The notes below the pieces were generated by a model. The model made no database searches, was not told the DNA's origin, and was given only the letters and a program-made list of their open reading frames with translations. The position numbers were made by a program, and so were the translations under genes. DNA of 34,503 nt from a virus: the UHGV virus genome UHGV-0378206; one strand, given 5' to 3'. Below, in pieces: positions 25,193 to 34,503 of the stretch (the first letter of the stretch is position 1; each line of letters begins with the position of its first letter).

Positions 25193-26251
25193 ATGAAGAA
25201 GAATACCCGCTTTGCTTTTAACGCTTACCTGCAGCAACTGGCACGTCTGAACGGTGTGGCAGTTGAAGAACTGTCCAGCAAGTTCACTGTAGAGCCGTCT
25301 GTGCAGCAGACGCTGGAAGACCAGATCCAGCAGTCCGCCGCTTTCCTGACGCTGATTAACGTCACGCCAGTGACTGAGCAGTCCGGTCAGCTGCTGGGGC
25401 TGGGTGTTGGCAGCACCATTGCCGGAACCACTGACACCACCGCGAAAGAGCGTGAACCTGTCGATCCGACGCTGATGGTCGATGTGGAATACAAATGCGA
25501 GCAGACCAACTTTGACACGGTGCTGACCTACGCGAAGCTGGACCTGTGGGCGAAGTTTCAGGATTTCCAGGTGCGTATCCGTGACGCCATCGTGAAACGT
25601 CAGGCACTGGACCGCATCATGATCGGCTTTAACGGCGTGAAGCGTGCGAAAACCTCCAACCGTAGTGAAAACCCGCTGCTGCAGGATGTGAACAAAGGCT
25701 GGCTGCAGAAAATCCGTGAGGATGCACCGGATCACGTCATGGGCAGCACCACCACGGGCGGCGAAACCACACCGGGTGCGGTGAAAGTCGGGAAAGGTGG
25801 CGAATATGCCAACCTGGACGCTGTGGTGATGGATGCGGTCAATGAGCTTATCGACGTGGTCTACCAGGACGATGACGATCTGGTGGTGATTTGCGGTCGT
25901 GAACTGCTGTCTGACAAGTATTTCCCGCTGGTCAACAAAGAGCAGGAAAACAGTGAAAAACTGGCAGCCGATATGATCATCAGTCAGAAACGCATGGGTG
26001 GCCTGCAGGCCGTGCGTGCGCCGTTCTTCCCGCCGAATGCGCTGCTGATCACCCGTCTGGATAACCTGTCCATCTACTGGCAGGAAGATACCCGCCGCCG
26101 TTCAGTTATCGACAACCCGAAACGTGACCGGATTGAAAATTTTGAATCCGTTAACGAAGCCTATGTGGTTGAGGACTACCGCTGCGCCGCACTGGTGGAA
26201 AACATCCAGATTGGTGACTTCAGCGCCGCCGCAGCAGAAACCGGAGTGTAA
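25193..26251 (+). CDS. N: major capsid protein (P2 gpN)
   Basis: 352 aa, position and size as P2 N. Confidence 0.9.
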   Translation: MKKNTRFAFNAYLQQLARLNGVAVEELSSKFTVEPSVQQTLEDQIQQSAAFLTLINVTPVTEQSGQLLGLGVGSTIAGTTDTTAKEREPVDPTLMVDVEYKCEQTNFDTVLTYAKLDLWAKFQDFQVRIRDAIVKRQALDRIMIGFNGVKRAKTSNRSENPLLQDVNKGWLQKIREDAPDHVMGSTTTGGETTPGAVKVGKGGEYANLDAVVMDAVNELIDVVYQDDDDLVVICGRELLSDKYFPLVNKEQENSEKLAADMIISQKRMGGLQAVRAPFFPPNALLITRLDNLSIYWQEDTRRRSVIDNPKRDRIENFESVNEAYVVEDYRCAALVENIQIGDFSAAAAETGV

Positions 26252-26254
26252 TTC

Positions 26255-26905
26255 ATGAGCCTGAGTCCCGCACGGCAGCATCGCCTGCGCGTTCAGGCTG
26301 AACAGGCCGCTCGCGAGGGTGGCAGTGTTCGCCACGCGTCGGGCTATGACCTGATGCTGCTGCAACTGGCGGAAGACCGCCGCCGTCTCAAGGGCGTTCA
26401 GTCCACGGTCAAAAAAGCGGAAATCAAGGTGGAACTGCTGCCGAAATACGCCGCCTGGGCAGAGGGTGTCCTGGCTGGCGGAGGCGCGCAACAGGATGAC
26501 GTGCTGATGTACGTGATGCTGTGGCGCATTGATGCCGGAGATTATGCCGGGGCGCTGGAGATCGGGCGTCACGCCCTGCGTCATGGCTGGGTGATGCCGT
26601 TGGGTAACCGCAACGTGCAGACCGTGCTGGCAGAGGAAATGGCAGACGCGGCGCAGAGCGCAATGCTTGCCGCCACCGGCTTTGATGCTGATCTGTTGCT
26701 GCAGACGCTGGAGCTGACAGACGGTCTGGATATGCCGGACCAGTCACGGGCACGTCTGCATAAAGCGATTGGCGCTGTCCTGAGTGAAAGCAATCCGGCT
26801 TCCGCCCTTAATCATCTCAACCATGCGTTACAGCTCGATCCCCGCTGTGGCGTGAAAAAAGACAAACAGCAGCTGGAGCGCAGACTGCGCAATGACAGCC
26901 GCTGA
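26255..26905 (+). CDS. M: terminase small/endonuclease subunit (P2 gpM)
   Basis: 216 aa following N, as in P2. Confidence 0.8.
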   Translation: MSLSPARQHRLRVQAEQAAREGGSVRHASGYDLMLLQLAEDRRRLKGVQSTVKKAEIKVELLPKYAAWAEGVLAGGGAQQDDVLMYVMLWRIDAGDYAGALEIGRHALRHGWVMPLGNRNVQTVLAEEMADAAQSAMLAATGFDADLLLQTLELTDGLDMPDQSRARLHKAIGAVLSESNPASALNHLNHALQLDPRCGVKKDKQQLERRLRNDSR

Positions 26906-27000
26906 CAGAACGTGCCCCCGCGCACGGGCGGCACGGGGTGGCGAAAGGCACTGCCACATCAAAACCCCGTCCACCGCCCTTTATTTCAGGAGAAAGCAGC

Positions 27001-27465
27001 ATGAAGTTTGTTGCGCCAGAACAGGCACCGGAACAGGCGGAAATCATCAGAAATACGCCGTTCTGGCCTGATGTGGACCTGTCGGAGTTTCGCAGCGTGA
27101 TGCGCACTGACGGCACGGTGACGCAGCCGCGTTTAAAGCAGGTTGCGCTGTCGGCAATTTCGGAGGTCAACGCAGAGCTGTATGAGTTTCGCAGACGCCA
27201 GCAGATGCTGGGGTATGCCTCGCTGGCAGAGGTTCCGGCGGAACAGCTGGACGGCAAAAGTGAGCGCATTCAGCACTATTTCAACGCGGTTTACTGCTGG
27301 GCACGCGCCATGCTCAACGAACGTTACCAGGACTATGACGCCACGGCGTCCGGTGTGAAGCGGGGCGAGGAACTGGCGGAAGCAAGCGGTGATTTGTGGC
27401 GTGACGCCCGCTGGGCCATCAGCCGGGTGCAGGATGCGCCGCACTGCACAGTGGAGCTTATCTGA
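27001..27465 (+). CDS. L: head completion/stabilisation protein (P2 gpL)
   Basis: Preferred start ATG 27001 with RBS 'aggagaaag' (ORF opens 26938); position after M. Confidence 0.8.
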   Translation: MKFVAPEQAPEQAEIIRNTPFWPDVDLSEFRSVMRTDGTVTQPRLKQVALSAISEVNAELYEFRRRQQMLGYASLAEVPAEQLDGKSERIQHYFNAVYCWARAMLNERYQDYDATASGVKRGEELAEASGDLWRDARWAISRVQDAPHCTVELI

Positions 27466-27668
27466 TGAAAGTGCGTGCGCATCAGTATGACACGGTGGAC
27501 GCGCTTTGCTGGCGTCATTACGGGCGCACGCAGGGTGTCACGGAGCAGGTACTGAAGGCAAATCCGGGGCTTGCCGAATACGGCCCCTTTTTACCTCACG
27601 GGCTGCAGGTGGAGTTGCCGGACATTCCGACCACCACCACCGTGCAGACCGTCCAGCTATGGGACTGA
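27465..27668 (+). CDS. X: tail protein X (P2 gpX)
   Basis: 67 aa, 'MKVRAHQYDTVDALCWRHYG' typical of P2 X. Confidence 0.8.
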   Translation: MKVRAHQYDTVDALCWRHYGRTQGVTEQVLKANPGLAEYGPFLPHGLQVELPDIPTTTTVQTVQLWD

Positions 27669-27671
27669 ATT

Positions 27672-27887
27672 ATGACGCTTGAGCGAATCAGCGCCTTTAT
27701 CACGTATTGCATCGCCGTCGTGCTGGCCTGGCTGGGCGATTTGTCCATCAAGGATGCCTCAACGCTGGGCGGCCTGATGATTGGTGTGCTGATGCTGGCT
27801 ATCAACTGGTACTACAAACACAAAGCCTACCAGCTTCTGCGCGACGGGCAGATCTCGCGGGAGGACTATGAATCCATCAATCGTTAA
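27672..27887 (+). CDS. Y: holin (positional homolog of P2 Y)
   Basis: 71 aa with two hydrophobic helices and a charged C-terminus, immediately upstream of the endolysin. Confidence 0.7.
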   Translation: MTLERISAFITYCIAVVLAWLGDLSIKDASTLGGLMIGVLMLAINWYYKHKAYQLLRDGQISREDYESINR

Positions 27888-28380
27888 ACGCTGCCTTGTC
27901 GGGGCCGTGCTGGCTATTGCTGCCACGCTGCCGGGTTTTCAGCAGCTTCACACCTCCGTGGAAGGGCTGAAATTGATTGCCGATTACGAAGGTTGTCGTC
28001 TGCAGCCGTATCAGTGCAGCGCGGGTGTCTGGACCGACGGCATTGGTAATACGTCGGGCGTCATTCCCGGCAAAACCATTACGGAGCGACAGGCAGCAGA
28101 AGGGCTGATCTCCAACGTGCTGCGTGTGGAGCGGGCGCTGGAAAGGTGTGTGAAGCAACAGCCGCCGCAGAAGGTGTATGACGCTGCGGTGTCGTTTGCC
28201 TTCAACGTGGGTACGGGCAATGCCTGCAGTTCCACGCTGGTGAAATTGCTCAATCAGCGGCGCTGGGCGGATGCGTGCCGACAGTTGCCGCGCTGGGTGT
28301 ATGTAAAAGGTGTGTTTAATCAGGGGCTGGATAACCGCCGTGCGCGGGAGATGGCCTGGTGCTTACAGGGAGCAAACTGA
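27868..28380 (+). CDS. K: endolysin (lysozyme, P2 gpK-like) with N-terminal hydrophobic SAR-like segment
   Basis: Catalytic-triad spacing E-x8-C/D-x5-T ('YEGCRLQPYQCSAGVWTDGIGNT'); N-terminal 'LVGAVLAIAATLPG'. Confidence 0.8.
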   Translation: MNPSIVKRCLVGAVLAIAATLPGFQQLHTSVEGLKLIADYEGCRLQPYQCSAGVWTDGIGNTSGVIPGKTITERQAAEGLISNVLRVERALERCVKQQPPQKVYDAAVSFAFNVGTGNACSSTLVKLLNQRRWADACRQLPRWVYVKGVFNQGLDNRRAREMAWCLQGAN

Positions 28381-28381
28381 A

Positions 28382-28759
28382 ATGAAAAAGAAAGTAATCA
28401 GCGGGCTGTTTCTGATGTTATGGATAGCGCTGTTAATCGCCGCAATGGTGTATCCGCAGGGGATTTTTCCGGTACTGGCAGCATCTGGTGTCTGGGTAGC
28501 CTGTCTGCTGACATGGGCAGTAATTCCGGTATCACTGGCTGCGTTAATTAAGAACGGCCCGCTCTGGCAGGAGTTGAGGGCATCTTTGCTGAAGACAATT
28601 ACCCGAAAAGAAAACGTATTTATCAGCTGGATGATGCGATTGCTGATTGTCGTCAGTCTCGCCTGGACGGGGTGGGCTATTACCCTGGTCTTTTATCTAC
28701 TGACCGTTATTGCCTTCTGGATCACCCGTAATCAGATGGCGCAACAGGTAGCAGCATGA
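28382..28759 (+). CDS. lysA: LysA-like membrane protein (lysis timing)
   Basis: Multi-TM 125 aa after K; preferred start 28382 (ORF opens 28310). Confidence 0.6.
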   Translation: MKKKVISGLFLMLWIALLIAAMVYPQGIFPVLAASGVWVACLLTWAVIPVSLAALIKNGPLWQELRASLLKTITRKENVFISWMMRLLIVVSLAWTGWAITLVFYLLTVIAFWITRNQMAQQVAA

Positions 28760-29184
28760 ACCGGTTGCTGCTGGTTGTGCTGGCGTTATTACTGGCGGCG
28801 CTGGGCTGGCAGACGTGGCGGCTGGCTGATGCCAGCCAGACCATCAGCATGCAGGCAGATGTGCTTCGGAGCAAAAGCCAGGCACTGGCAAAGAGCAACA
28901 GCCAGCTTATCAGCCTGTCCATTCTGACAGAAACCAACAACCGGGAGCAGGCGCGACTCTATGCCGACGCAGAACAGACCAGCGCACTACTGAGACAACG
29001 ACAACACCGGATTGAGGAACTGAAACGTGAGAACGAGGATTTACGCCGCTGGGCTGATACTCCTTTGCCTGCTGACATTATCCGGCTGCGGGAACGTCCG
29101 GCACTCACCGGAGGTGCAGCTTACCGTCAGTGGTTGTCCGCGAGTGACGCCGTGTCGGCTGGGGCAGGCAGCGCCGCGCACTAA
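28756..29184 (+). CDS. lysB: LysB, Rz-like inner-membrane spanin
   Basis: N-terminal TM 'LLLVVLALLLAALGW', coiled-coil periplasmic region. Confidence 0.65.
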   Translation: MNRLLLVVLALLLAALGWQTWRLADASQTISMQADVLRSKSQALAKSNSQLISLSILTETNNREQARLYADAEQTSALLRQRQHRIEELKRENEDLRRWADTPLPADIIRLRERPALTGGAAYRQWLSASDAVSAGAGSAAH

Positions 29185-29317
29185 CGGTGACCTGAACGCG
29201 TTGCAGGATGAAACGGAGGCCGCCTGGGCGGTCTGTGCAGACAAAGTGGACATGATTATTGCGTGTCAGGAGCGAAACAGTGAACAAACCACAATCCCTG
29301 CGCCACGCCCTCAATAA
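29027..29317 (+). CDS. lysC: LysC, Rz1-like outer-membrane lipoprotein spanin (embedded, alternative frame)
   Basis: Signal peptide with lipobox 'LTLSGC'; reading frame overlaps lysB 3' end and R 5' end as in P2. Confidence 0.55.
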   Translation: MRTRIYAAGLILLCLLTLSGCGNVRHSPEVQLTVSGCPRVTPCRLGQAAPRTNGDLNALQDETEAAWAVCADKVDMIIACQERNSEQTTIPAPRPQ

Positions 29318-29711
29318 AGCGGTGCCTTATGTCCGCAATAACCCGGACAAACTGCATCTGTTTGTGGATAACGGTTCGCTGGTTGCCACGGGGGCCAGCT
29401 CCATGTCATGGGAGTACCGCTACACCCTGAACGTGGTGATAGAGGATTTCAGCGGCGACCAGAATCTGCTGATGGCCCCGGTTTTACTGTGGCTTCGGGA
29501 TAACCAGCCCGATGCCATCAATAACCCGGCGTTACGGGAAAAGCTATTCACCTTTGATGTGGATATTTTGCGCAACGATGTCTGTGATATCAGCCTTAAC
29601 CTGCAACTGACGGAACGTGTGCTGGTCAGCACTGACGGCAGTGTGTCGAGCGTTGAAGCTGTAGCAGAACCCGATGAACCTGAAGAAATGTGGACGGTGA
29701 AACGTGGCTGA
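29259..29711 (+). CDS. R: tail completion protein (P2 gpR)
   Basis: 150-aa ORF; real start may be GTG at 29280; position and order as P2 R. Confidence 0.75.
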   Translation: MRVRSETVNKPQSLRHALNKAVPYVRNNPDKLHLFVDNGSLVATGASSMSWEYRYTLNVVIEDFSGDQNLLMAPVLLWLRDNQPDAINNPALREKLFTFDVDILRNDVCDISLNLQLTERVLVSTDGSVSSVEAVAEPDEPEEMWTVKRG

Positions 29712-30150
29712 ACTGCAGAAGGTGGACGACTGGCTGAGTGCCTTGCTGGCGAATCTGGAACCAGCCACGAGAAGCCGCATGATGCGCCAGCTGGCGCAGG
29801 AACTGCGCCGGACACAGCAGCAGAATATCAGGATGCAGCGCAATCCAGATGGCAGCAGTTATGAACCGCGCAGGGTAACAGCACGCAGCAAGAAGGGGCG
29901 CATCAAACGTCAGATGTTTGCAAAGCTGCGCACCACAAAATACCTGAAAACTGCCGCCAGCGCCGACTCTGCCAGCGTACAGTTTGAAGGCAAGGTGCAG
30001 CGTATTGCCCGTGTTCACCATTACGGCCTGCGTGATCGCGTCAGTCGCAAAGGACCGGAGGTCCGTTACGCAGAGCGCCGCCTGCTGGGTGTAAATGATG
30101 ATGTTGAGGCAATGACCCGCGACATGATTCTGCAATGGCTGGCGGGGTGA
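29704..30150 (+). CDS. S: tail completion protein (P2 gpS)
   Basis: 148 aa following R. Confidence 0.75.
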   Translation: MAELQKVDDWLSALLANLEPATRSRMMRQLAQELRRTQQQNIRMQRNPDGSSYEPRRVTARSKKGRIKRQMFAKLRTTKYLKTAASADSASVQFEGKVQRIARVHHYGLRDRVSRKGPEVRYAERRLLGVNDDVEAMTRDMILQWLAG

Positions 30151-30154
30151 TCTT

Positions 30155-30172
30155 TGTATCAGCACTGATACA
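30155..30172. promoter_or_regulatory. late-promoter activator (Ogr/Delta-type) binding site, TGT-N12-ACA
   Basis: 'TGTatcagcactgatACA', nearly perfect dyad, in the S-V intergenic region upstream of V. Confidence 0.55.
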
Positions 30173-30218
30173 AGTTGCAGCACTGCCGCCTTTCTTCCCC
30201 TGATGGCAACCTTTCCCT

Positions 30219-30797
30219 ATGAACGCACAATTAACCGAAATCATGCGCCTTATCACCAACCTGATCCGCACAGGGGTAGTCACCGAAGTGGACAGGGAAA
30301 ACTGGCTTTGCCGGGTGAAAACGGGCGAGCTTGAAACCAACTGGATCAGCTGGCTGACGCTGCGTGCCGGGAATGCCCGCACATGGTGGCGACCATCGGA
30401 AGGTGAGCAGGTGGTGCTGCTGAGTCTGGGCGGCAATCTGGAAACCGCCTTTGCGTTACCCGCCATCTATTCGAATCAGTTCGCGCCACCGTCGACGTCG
30501 GCGGACGCCTGCGTGACAGAACATCCTGACGGTGGCTGGTTTGAATACGAACCCGCCACCGGGCGCTGGTATGTCAGGGGCATCAAATCAATGGTCATTG
30601 AGGCCGCTGACAACATCACCATGAAAACCAGTGAGTTTGTACTGGAGGCTGACCGCACGCGCATTAACAGCGAAGTGGTGATCAATGGTGGCGTTACCCA
30701 GGGCGGCGGAGCGATGAGTTCTAACGGGATCGTGGTTGATGCGCATCAGCATACTGGCGTCCTGAAAGGCGGCGATACAACCGGAGGCCCGGTATGA
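30219..30797 (+). CDS. V: baseplate spike/assembly protein (P2 gpV)
   Basis: 192 aa; first gene after the late-promoter site. Confidence 0.85.
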   Translation: MNAQLTEIMRLITNLIRTGVVTEVDRENWLCRVKTGELETNWISWLTLRAGNARTWWRPSEGEQVVLLSLGGNLETAFALPAIYSNQFAPPSTSADACVTEHPDGGWFEYEPATGRWYVRGIKSMVIEAADNITMKTSEFVLEADRTRINSEVVINGGVTQGGGAMSSNGIVVDAHQHTGVLKGGDTTGGPV

Positions 30798-31153
30798 CGC
30801 TTTATAGCGGGATGAACAATACCAGCGGCAAAGTCATTACTGATATTGACCATCTGCGCCAGTCGGTGCGGGACATTCTGCTGACGCCGCAGGGTAGCCG
30901 CATTGCTCGTCGTGAATATGGTTCCCTGCTGTCGTCGCTAATAGACCAGCCACAAAATCCGGCATTACGCCTGCAGGTCATGTCGGCAGTGTATGTGGCG
31001 CTGAGTCGCTGGGAGCCACGGCTGACGCTGGATTCCATCACCATTAACAGCAATTTTGACGGTTCAATGGTGGTGGCGCTGAGCGGGCGGCGTAATAACG
31101 GTGTGCCTGTTTCCCTTTCCGTATCAACAGGAGCAGAGAATGGCAGTGATTGA
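30794..31153 (+). CDS. W: baseplate wedge protein (P2 gpW, gp25-like)
   Basis: 119 aa, overlapping V stop. Confidence 0.85.
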   Translation: MTLYSGMNNTSGKVITDIDHLRQSVRDILLTPQGSRIARREYGSLLSSLIDQPQNPALRLQVMSAVYVALSRWEPRLTLDSITINSNFDGSMVVALSGRRNNGVPVSLSVSTGAENGSD

Positions 31154-32048
31154 CCTTTCGCAGTTGCCTGCGCCGCAGATTGTGGATGTGCCGGACTTTG
31201 AGACGCTGCTTGCCGAACGCAAGGCCGAATTTGTTGCGCTTCATCCGAAAGATGAGCAGGAAGCAGTGATCCGCACGCTGGAACTGGAATCTGAACCCGT
31301 CACCAAATTGCTGCAGGAGAACGCTTACCGTGAGTTGCTTCTGCGCCAGCGCATTAACGAAGCCGCGCAGGCTGTGATGGTGGCTTACGCGATGGGCAGC
31401 GATCTTGACCAGCTCGCTGCCAACTACAACGTGAAACGCCTGACGGTGACGCCTGCTGATAATGACGCTGTGCCGCCCGTTGCAGCTGTGATGGAAAGCG
31501 ATGAAGCGTTACGCCTGCGTGTGCCTGCAGCCTTTGAAGGGCTTTCAGTTGCGGGGCCAACTGCAGCTTATGAATTTCATGCCCGAAGCGCCGACGGTCG
31601 GGTGGCGGATGCCAGTGCAACCAGCCCGGCACCTGCAGAGGTGGTGCTGACTGTCCTTAGCCGCGAAGGCGATGGAACCGCAGAAAAAGACCTGCTGGAC
31701 GTGGTGGAAAAAGCTCTGAACAGTGAGAACGTCCGCCCGGTGGCTGACCGTCTTACGGTTCGCAGCGCAGAAATCATCCCGTATCGCGTGGAAGCCACCA
31801 TTTTTCTCTATCCTGGACCGGAAGCAGAGCCGGTAATGGCAGCGGCAAAAGCCAGCCTGCAGAAGTACATCGCCAGTCAGACGCGTCTTGGTCGGGATAT
31901 TCGCCGTAGCGCCATCTTTGCCGCCCTGCATGTTGAGGGGGTGCAGCGTGTGGAGCTGGCTTCTCCTCTGGCGGATGTGGTCCTGAACAAAACACAGGCG
32001 GCATCATGTACGCAGTGGAGCGTAACCAACGGAGGAACGGATGAATAG
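31140..32048 (+). CDS. J: baseplate assembly protein (P2 gpJ)
   Basis: Preferred start ATG 31140 (ORF opens 31101), 302 aa. Confidence 0.85.
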   Translation: MAVIDLSQLPAPQIVDVPDFETLLAERKAEFVALHPKDEQEAVIRTLELESEPVTKLLQENAYRELLLRQRINEAAQAVMVAYAMGSDLDQLAANYNVKRLTVTPADNDAVPPVAAVMESDEALRLRVPAAFEGLSVAGPTAAYEFHARSADGRVADASATSPAPAEVVLTVLSREGDGTAEKDLLDVVEKALNSENVRPVADRLTVRSAEIIPYRVEATIFLYPGPEAEPVMAAAKASLQKYIASQTRLGRDIRRSAIFAALHVEGVQRVELASPLADVVLNKTQAASCTQWSVTNGGTDE

Positions 32049-32646
32049 TCTGCTGCCACCGGGTTCAACACCACTGGAGCGCCGACTGGCGCAAACCTGC
32101 AGCGGGATTTCTGATCTGCAGGTGCCGCTTCGTGACTTGTGGAATCCGGCAACCTGTCCGGTCAGTTTCCTGCCTTATCTCGCCTGGGCGTTCTCTGTGG
32201 ATCGCTGGGACGAGGGCTGGACAGAAAGCGTCAAGCGCCAGGTGGTGAAGGATGCTTTTTATATTCATCAGCATAAAGGGACCACCAGTGCCGTGCGGCG
32301 GGTGGTGGAGCCGTTCGGCTTTCTGATCCGCATTATTGAGTGGTGGCAGACCGGAGAGGCACCGGGCACGTTTCGCCTGGATATCGGCGTGCAGGACCAG
32401 GGCATCACTGAAGATACCTATCTGGAACTTGAGCGACTGATAAGCGATGCCAAACCATGTAGCCGCCACATGATCGGCATGTCCATCAATCTGCAGACCA
32501 GCGGACCGCATTGGGTGGGAGCCGCCAGCTATCTTGGCGAAGAAATCACGATCTATCCGTATATCAACGAAACGATTATTTCCGGTGGCACCGCGCATGA
32601 AGGCGGGGCGGTCCATGTTATTGACACAATGAGAGTGAATCCATGA
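32041..32646 (+). CDS. I: tail/baseplate protein (P2 gpI)
   Basis: 201 aa following J. Confidence 0.85.
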   Translation: MNSLLPPGSTPLERRLAQTCSGISDLQVPLRDLWNPATCPVSFLPYLAWAFSVDRWDEGWTESVKRQVVKDAFYIHQHKGTTSAVRRVVEPFGFLIRIIEWWQTGEAPGTFRLDIGVQDQGITEDTYLELERLISDAKPCSRHMIGMSINLQTSGPHWVGAASYLGEEITIYPYINETIISGGTAHEGGAVHVIDTMRVNP

Positions 32647-34148
32647 GCACAAAATTTTATACCCTGCTGACGGATATTGGCGCGGCGAAACTTGCCAGCG
32701 CCGCCGCGCTCGGTGTGCCGCTAAAAATTACCCATATGGCGGTGGGCGATGGCGGCGGAGTATTGCCAACGCCGGACGCAAAGCAGACGGCACTGGTAAA
32801 TGAGAAACGCCGGGCTGCGCTGAATATGCTTTATATCGACCCGCAGAATAGCAGCCAGATTATTGCTGAACAGGTGATCCCTGAAAACGAGGGCGGTTGG
32901 TGGATACGTGAAGTGGGCCTGTTTGATGAGTCAGGGGCATTGATTGCCGTGGGGAACTGCCCGGAAAGCTATAAACCGCAACTGGCTGAAGGCAGCGGGC
33001 GTACCCAGACCGTGCGCATGGTGCTGATTACCAGCAGTACGGACAATATCACACTGAAAATTGACCCTGCCGTAGTGCTGGCAACCCGCAAGTATGTGGA
33101 TGATAAGGTACTGGAGCTGAAGGTGTACGCGGATGATCAGATGGCAAAACATCTTGCCGCACAAGATCCTCATACCCAGTATGCGCAGAAACATAATCCG
33201 ACATTTACCGGAGAACCAAAAGCGCCGACGCCTGCAGCAGGAAATAACACCACGCGGATTGCGACCACTGAGTTTGTTCAGGCCGCTATTACTGCTCTGA
33301 TTAACGGTGCGCCAGCCACGCTGGACACACTGAAAGAAATTGCCGCAGCCATTAACAATGACCCGAAATTCAGTACCACCATTAACAATGCGCTGGCACT
33401 GAAAGCACCGCTGTCGAGTCCGGCACTCACCGGAACGCCAACAGCACCTACTGCGGCACAGTCGGTCAACAATACACAGATTGCCACTACAGCTTTTGTG
33501 AAATCAGCGATTGCAGCAATGGTGGGTTCTGCACCTGCGGCACTGGATACACTGAACGAACTGGCGGCGGCGCTGGGGAATGACCCGAACTTTGCCACGA
33601 CAATGCTTAATGCACTGGCAGGTAAACAACCGCTGGACAATACGCTGACTAATTTGAGTGGAAAGGATGTAACTGGTCTTCTCACATACCTTGGTTTGGG
33701 AGAAGGTGCTCCAGCTATTGGCGTTCCGTTCTTCTGGCCGTCCGCCGCAATGCCAAATACTGTAATCGACAGCTGGTCCAGTATGGTGTTTTTGAAGTTC
33801 AACGGCGCGAAATTTTCTGCCACTGATTACCCTGTGCTGGCGAAAGTGTTTCCTTCGCTGGTATTACCTGAAGCCCGCGGTGATTTCATTCGTATCTGGG
33901 ATGACGGGCGAGGTGCAGATGGTGGTCGCGAATTATTAAGCTGGCAGGCAGCTACAAACTTTTCTCAGTTTGCCGGGAATATAGGCGGAGGTGCGGGACA
34001 CGCAATTAACTTTCATGATGGCATCGCCGGAAATCAGCCAGGATTTTCACGATTTAATTTCACCAGTAACTCTGTGGGTGATGGTGTGAATTTTGTTGCT
34101 GTCAGACCGCGAAATATTGCATTTAACTTTCTGGTGAGGGCTAAATAA
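32643..34148 (+). CDS. H: tail fibre protein (P2 gpH-like)
   Basis: N-terminus 'MSTKFYTLLTDIGAAKLASAAALGVPLKITHMAVGDGGG' parallels P2 H; central repeats 'TAFV..AI.A...' and a divergent C-terminal receptor-binding region. Confidence 0.85.
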   Translation: MSTKFYTLLTDIGAAKLASAAALGVPLKITHMAVGDGGGVLPTPDAKQTALVNEKRRAALNMLYIDPQNSSQIIAEQVIPENEGGWWIREVGLFDESGALIAVGNCPESYKPQLAEGSGRTQTVRMVLITSSTDNITLKIDPAVVLATRKYVDDKVLELKVYADDQMAKHLAAQDPHTQYAQKHNPTFTGEPKAPTPAAGNNTTRIATTEFVQAAITALINGAPATLDTLKEIAAAINNDPKFSTTINNALALKAPLSSPALTGTPTAPTAAQSVNNTQIATTAFVKSAIAAMVGSAPAALDTLNELAAALGNDPNFATTMLNALAGKQPLDNTLTNLSGKDVTGLLTYLGLGEGAPAIGVPFFWPSAAMPNTVIDSWSSMVFLKFNGAKFSATDYPVLAKVFPSLVLPEARGDFIRIWDDGRGADGGRELLSWQAATNFSQFAGNIGGGAGHAINFHDGIAGNQPGFSRFNFTSNSVGDGVNFVAVRPRNIAFNFLVRAK

Positions 34149-34503
34149 TGAAACCTGTTTTTGATGAAAATGGGCTGGCTACAGTGCCGGGCGATATGCG
34201 TTGTTTTTATTATGATGCTGAAACATCTGAGTATACGGGCTGGTCTGATGAATATATTAATACTGGCGTAAGTATGCCCGCCTGTTCCACTGGTATTGAC
34301 CCTGGCGAAAACATTCCGGGAAAAGTGGCAGTATTTACGGGTAAGGGATGGAGCCATGAAGAAGACCATCGCAATGAGACTGTTTACTCAACAGAAAATG
34401 GCGCAGCTGTTACAGTGGATTATATCGGTGCCATCAAAGACGGTTATGTCACGCTTTCACCGTTAACGCCATACGATAAATGGGATGGTGAGAAATGGGT
34501 GAC
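34148..34503 (+). CDS. G: tail fibre assembly chaperone (P2 gpG-like), truncated by window end
   Basis: ATG overlaps H stop ('taATG'); open frame 'MKPVFDENGLATVPGDMRCFYYDAETSEYTGW...' runs to the end of the window. Confidence 0.6.
   Translation, partial: MKPVFDENGLATVPGDMRCFYYDAETSEYTGWSDEYINTGVSMPACSTGIDPGENIPGKVAVFTGKGWSHEEDHRNETVYSTENGAAVTVDYIGAIKDGYVTLSPLTPYDKWDGEKWV

Larger units (their letters stand above)
9433..34503. mobile_element. P2/186-like prophage (partial; continues past window end)
   Basis: Canonical prophage order att-int-CI-cox/apl-cII...dam...A-(cargo)-Q-P/O-N-M-L-X-lysis-R-S-V-W-J-I-H-G with recognisable P2-family proteins throughout. Confidence 0.9.

Noticed and set aside
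29626-30183. 185-aa minus-strand ORF across the R/S genes (similar ORFs at 32065..32652 and 31545..31931)
   Set aside because: Overlap conserved P2 tail genes on the opposite strand; typical GC-rich shadow ORFs.
1-34503. CRISPR array or other regularly spaced short repeats
   Set aside because: No run of evenly spaced direct repeats was seen anywhere; the only repeats are isolated hairpins and the operator-like pair at 12323..12369.

Overview
This window looks like an enterobacterial tmRNA (ssrA) integration hotspot carrying two mobile elements in tandem, with no intact rRNA, tRNA or CRISPR array seen. Positions 1 to about 9400 are a visibly AT-rich island ending in an IntA/P4-family tyrosine integrase (8038..9267, minus), followed by an intrinsic terminator and a 45-nt copy of the ssrA 3' end (9433..9477) that serves as the att repeat. 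The island carries several candidate defence or toxin modules: a SIR2-like NADase gene with a downstream four-helix membrane protein, a translationally coupled HigB-like toxin / HigA-ImmA metallopeptidase fusion / 379-aa unknown operon, and several orphan Cys-rich and membrane proteins. From about 9433 to the window end is a P2/186-like prophage in canonical prophage order: att, a zinc-finger/HNH nuclease cargo gene, int, 186-type CI, Cox/Apl-like, CII, Dam methylase, PAPS-reductase-like protein, replication endonuclease A, an SOS-box-controlled tum/DinI-like module, an AT-rich ABC-ATPase/Toprim (OLD-family-like) cargo gene at the classical old/tin position, then Q-P, O-N-M-L, X, the lysis cassette, R-S and V-W-J-I-H-G (G truncated). 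Two late-promoter activator sites (TGT-N12-ACA) lie upstream of O and V. The most likely places for an undescribed system are the SIR2/membrane pair, the HigB/HigA-ImmA/379-aa operon, the three-gene block at 87..1479, and the single-gene ATPase-Toprim cargo in the prophage. All calls rest on reading the ORF translations and sequence by eye; no database search was run.
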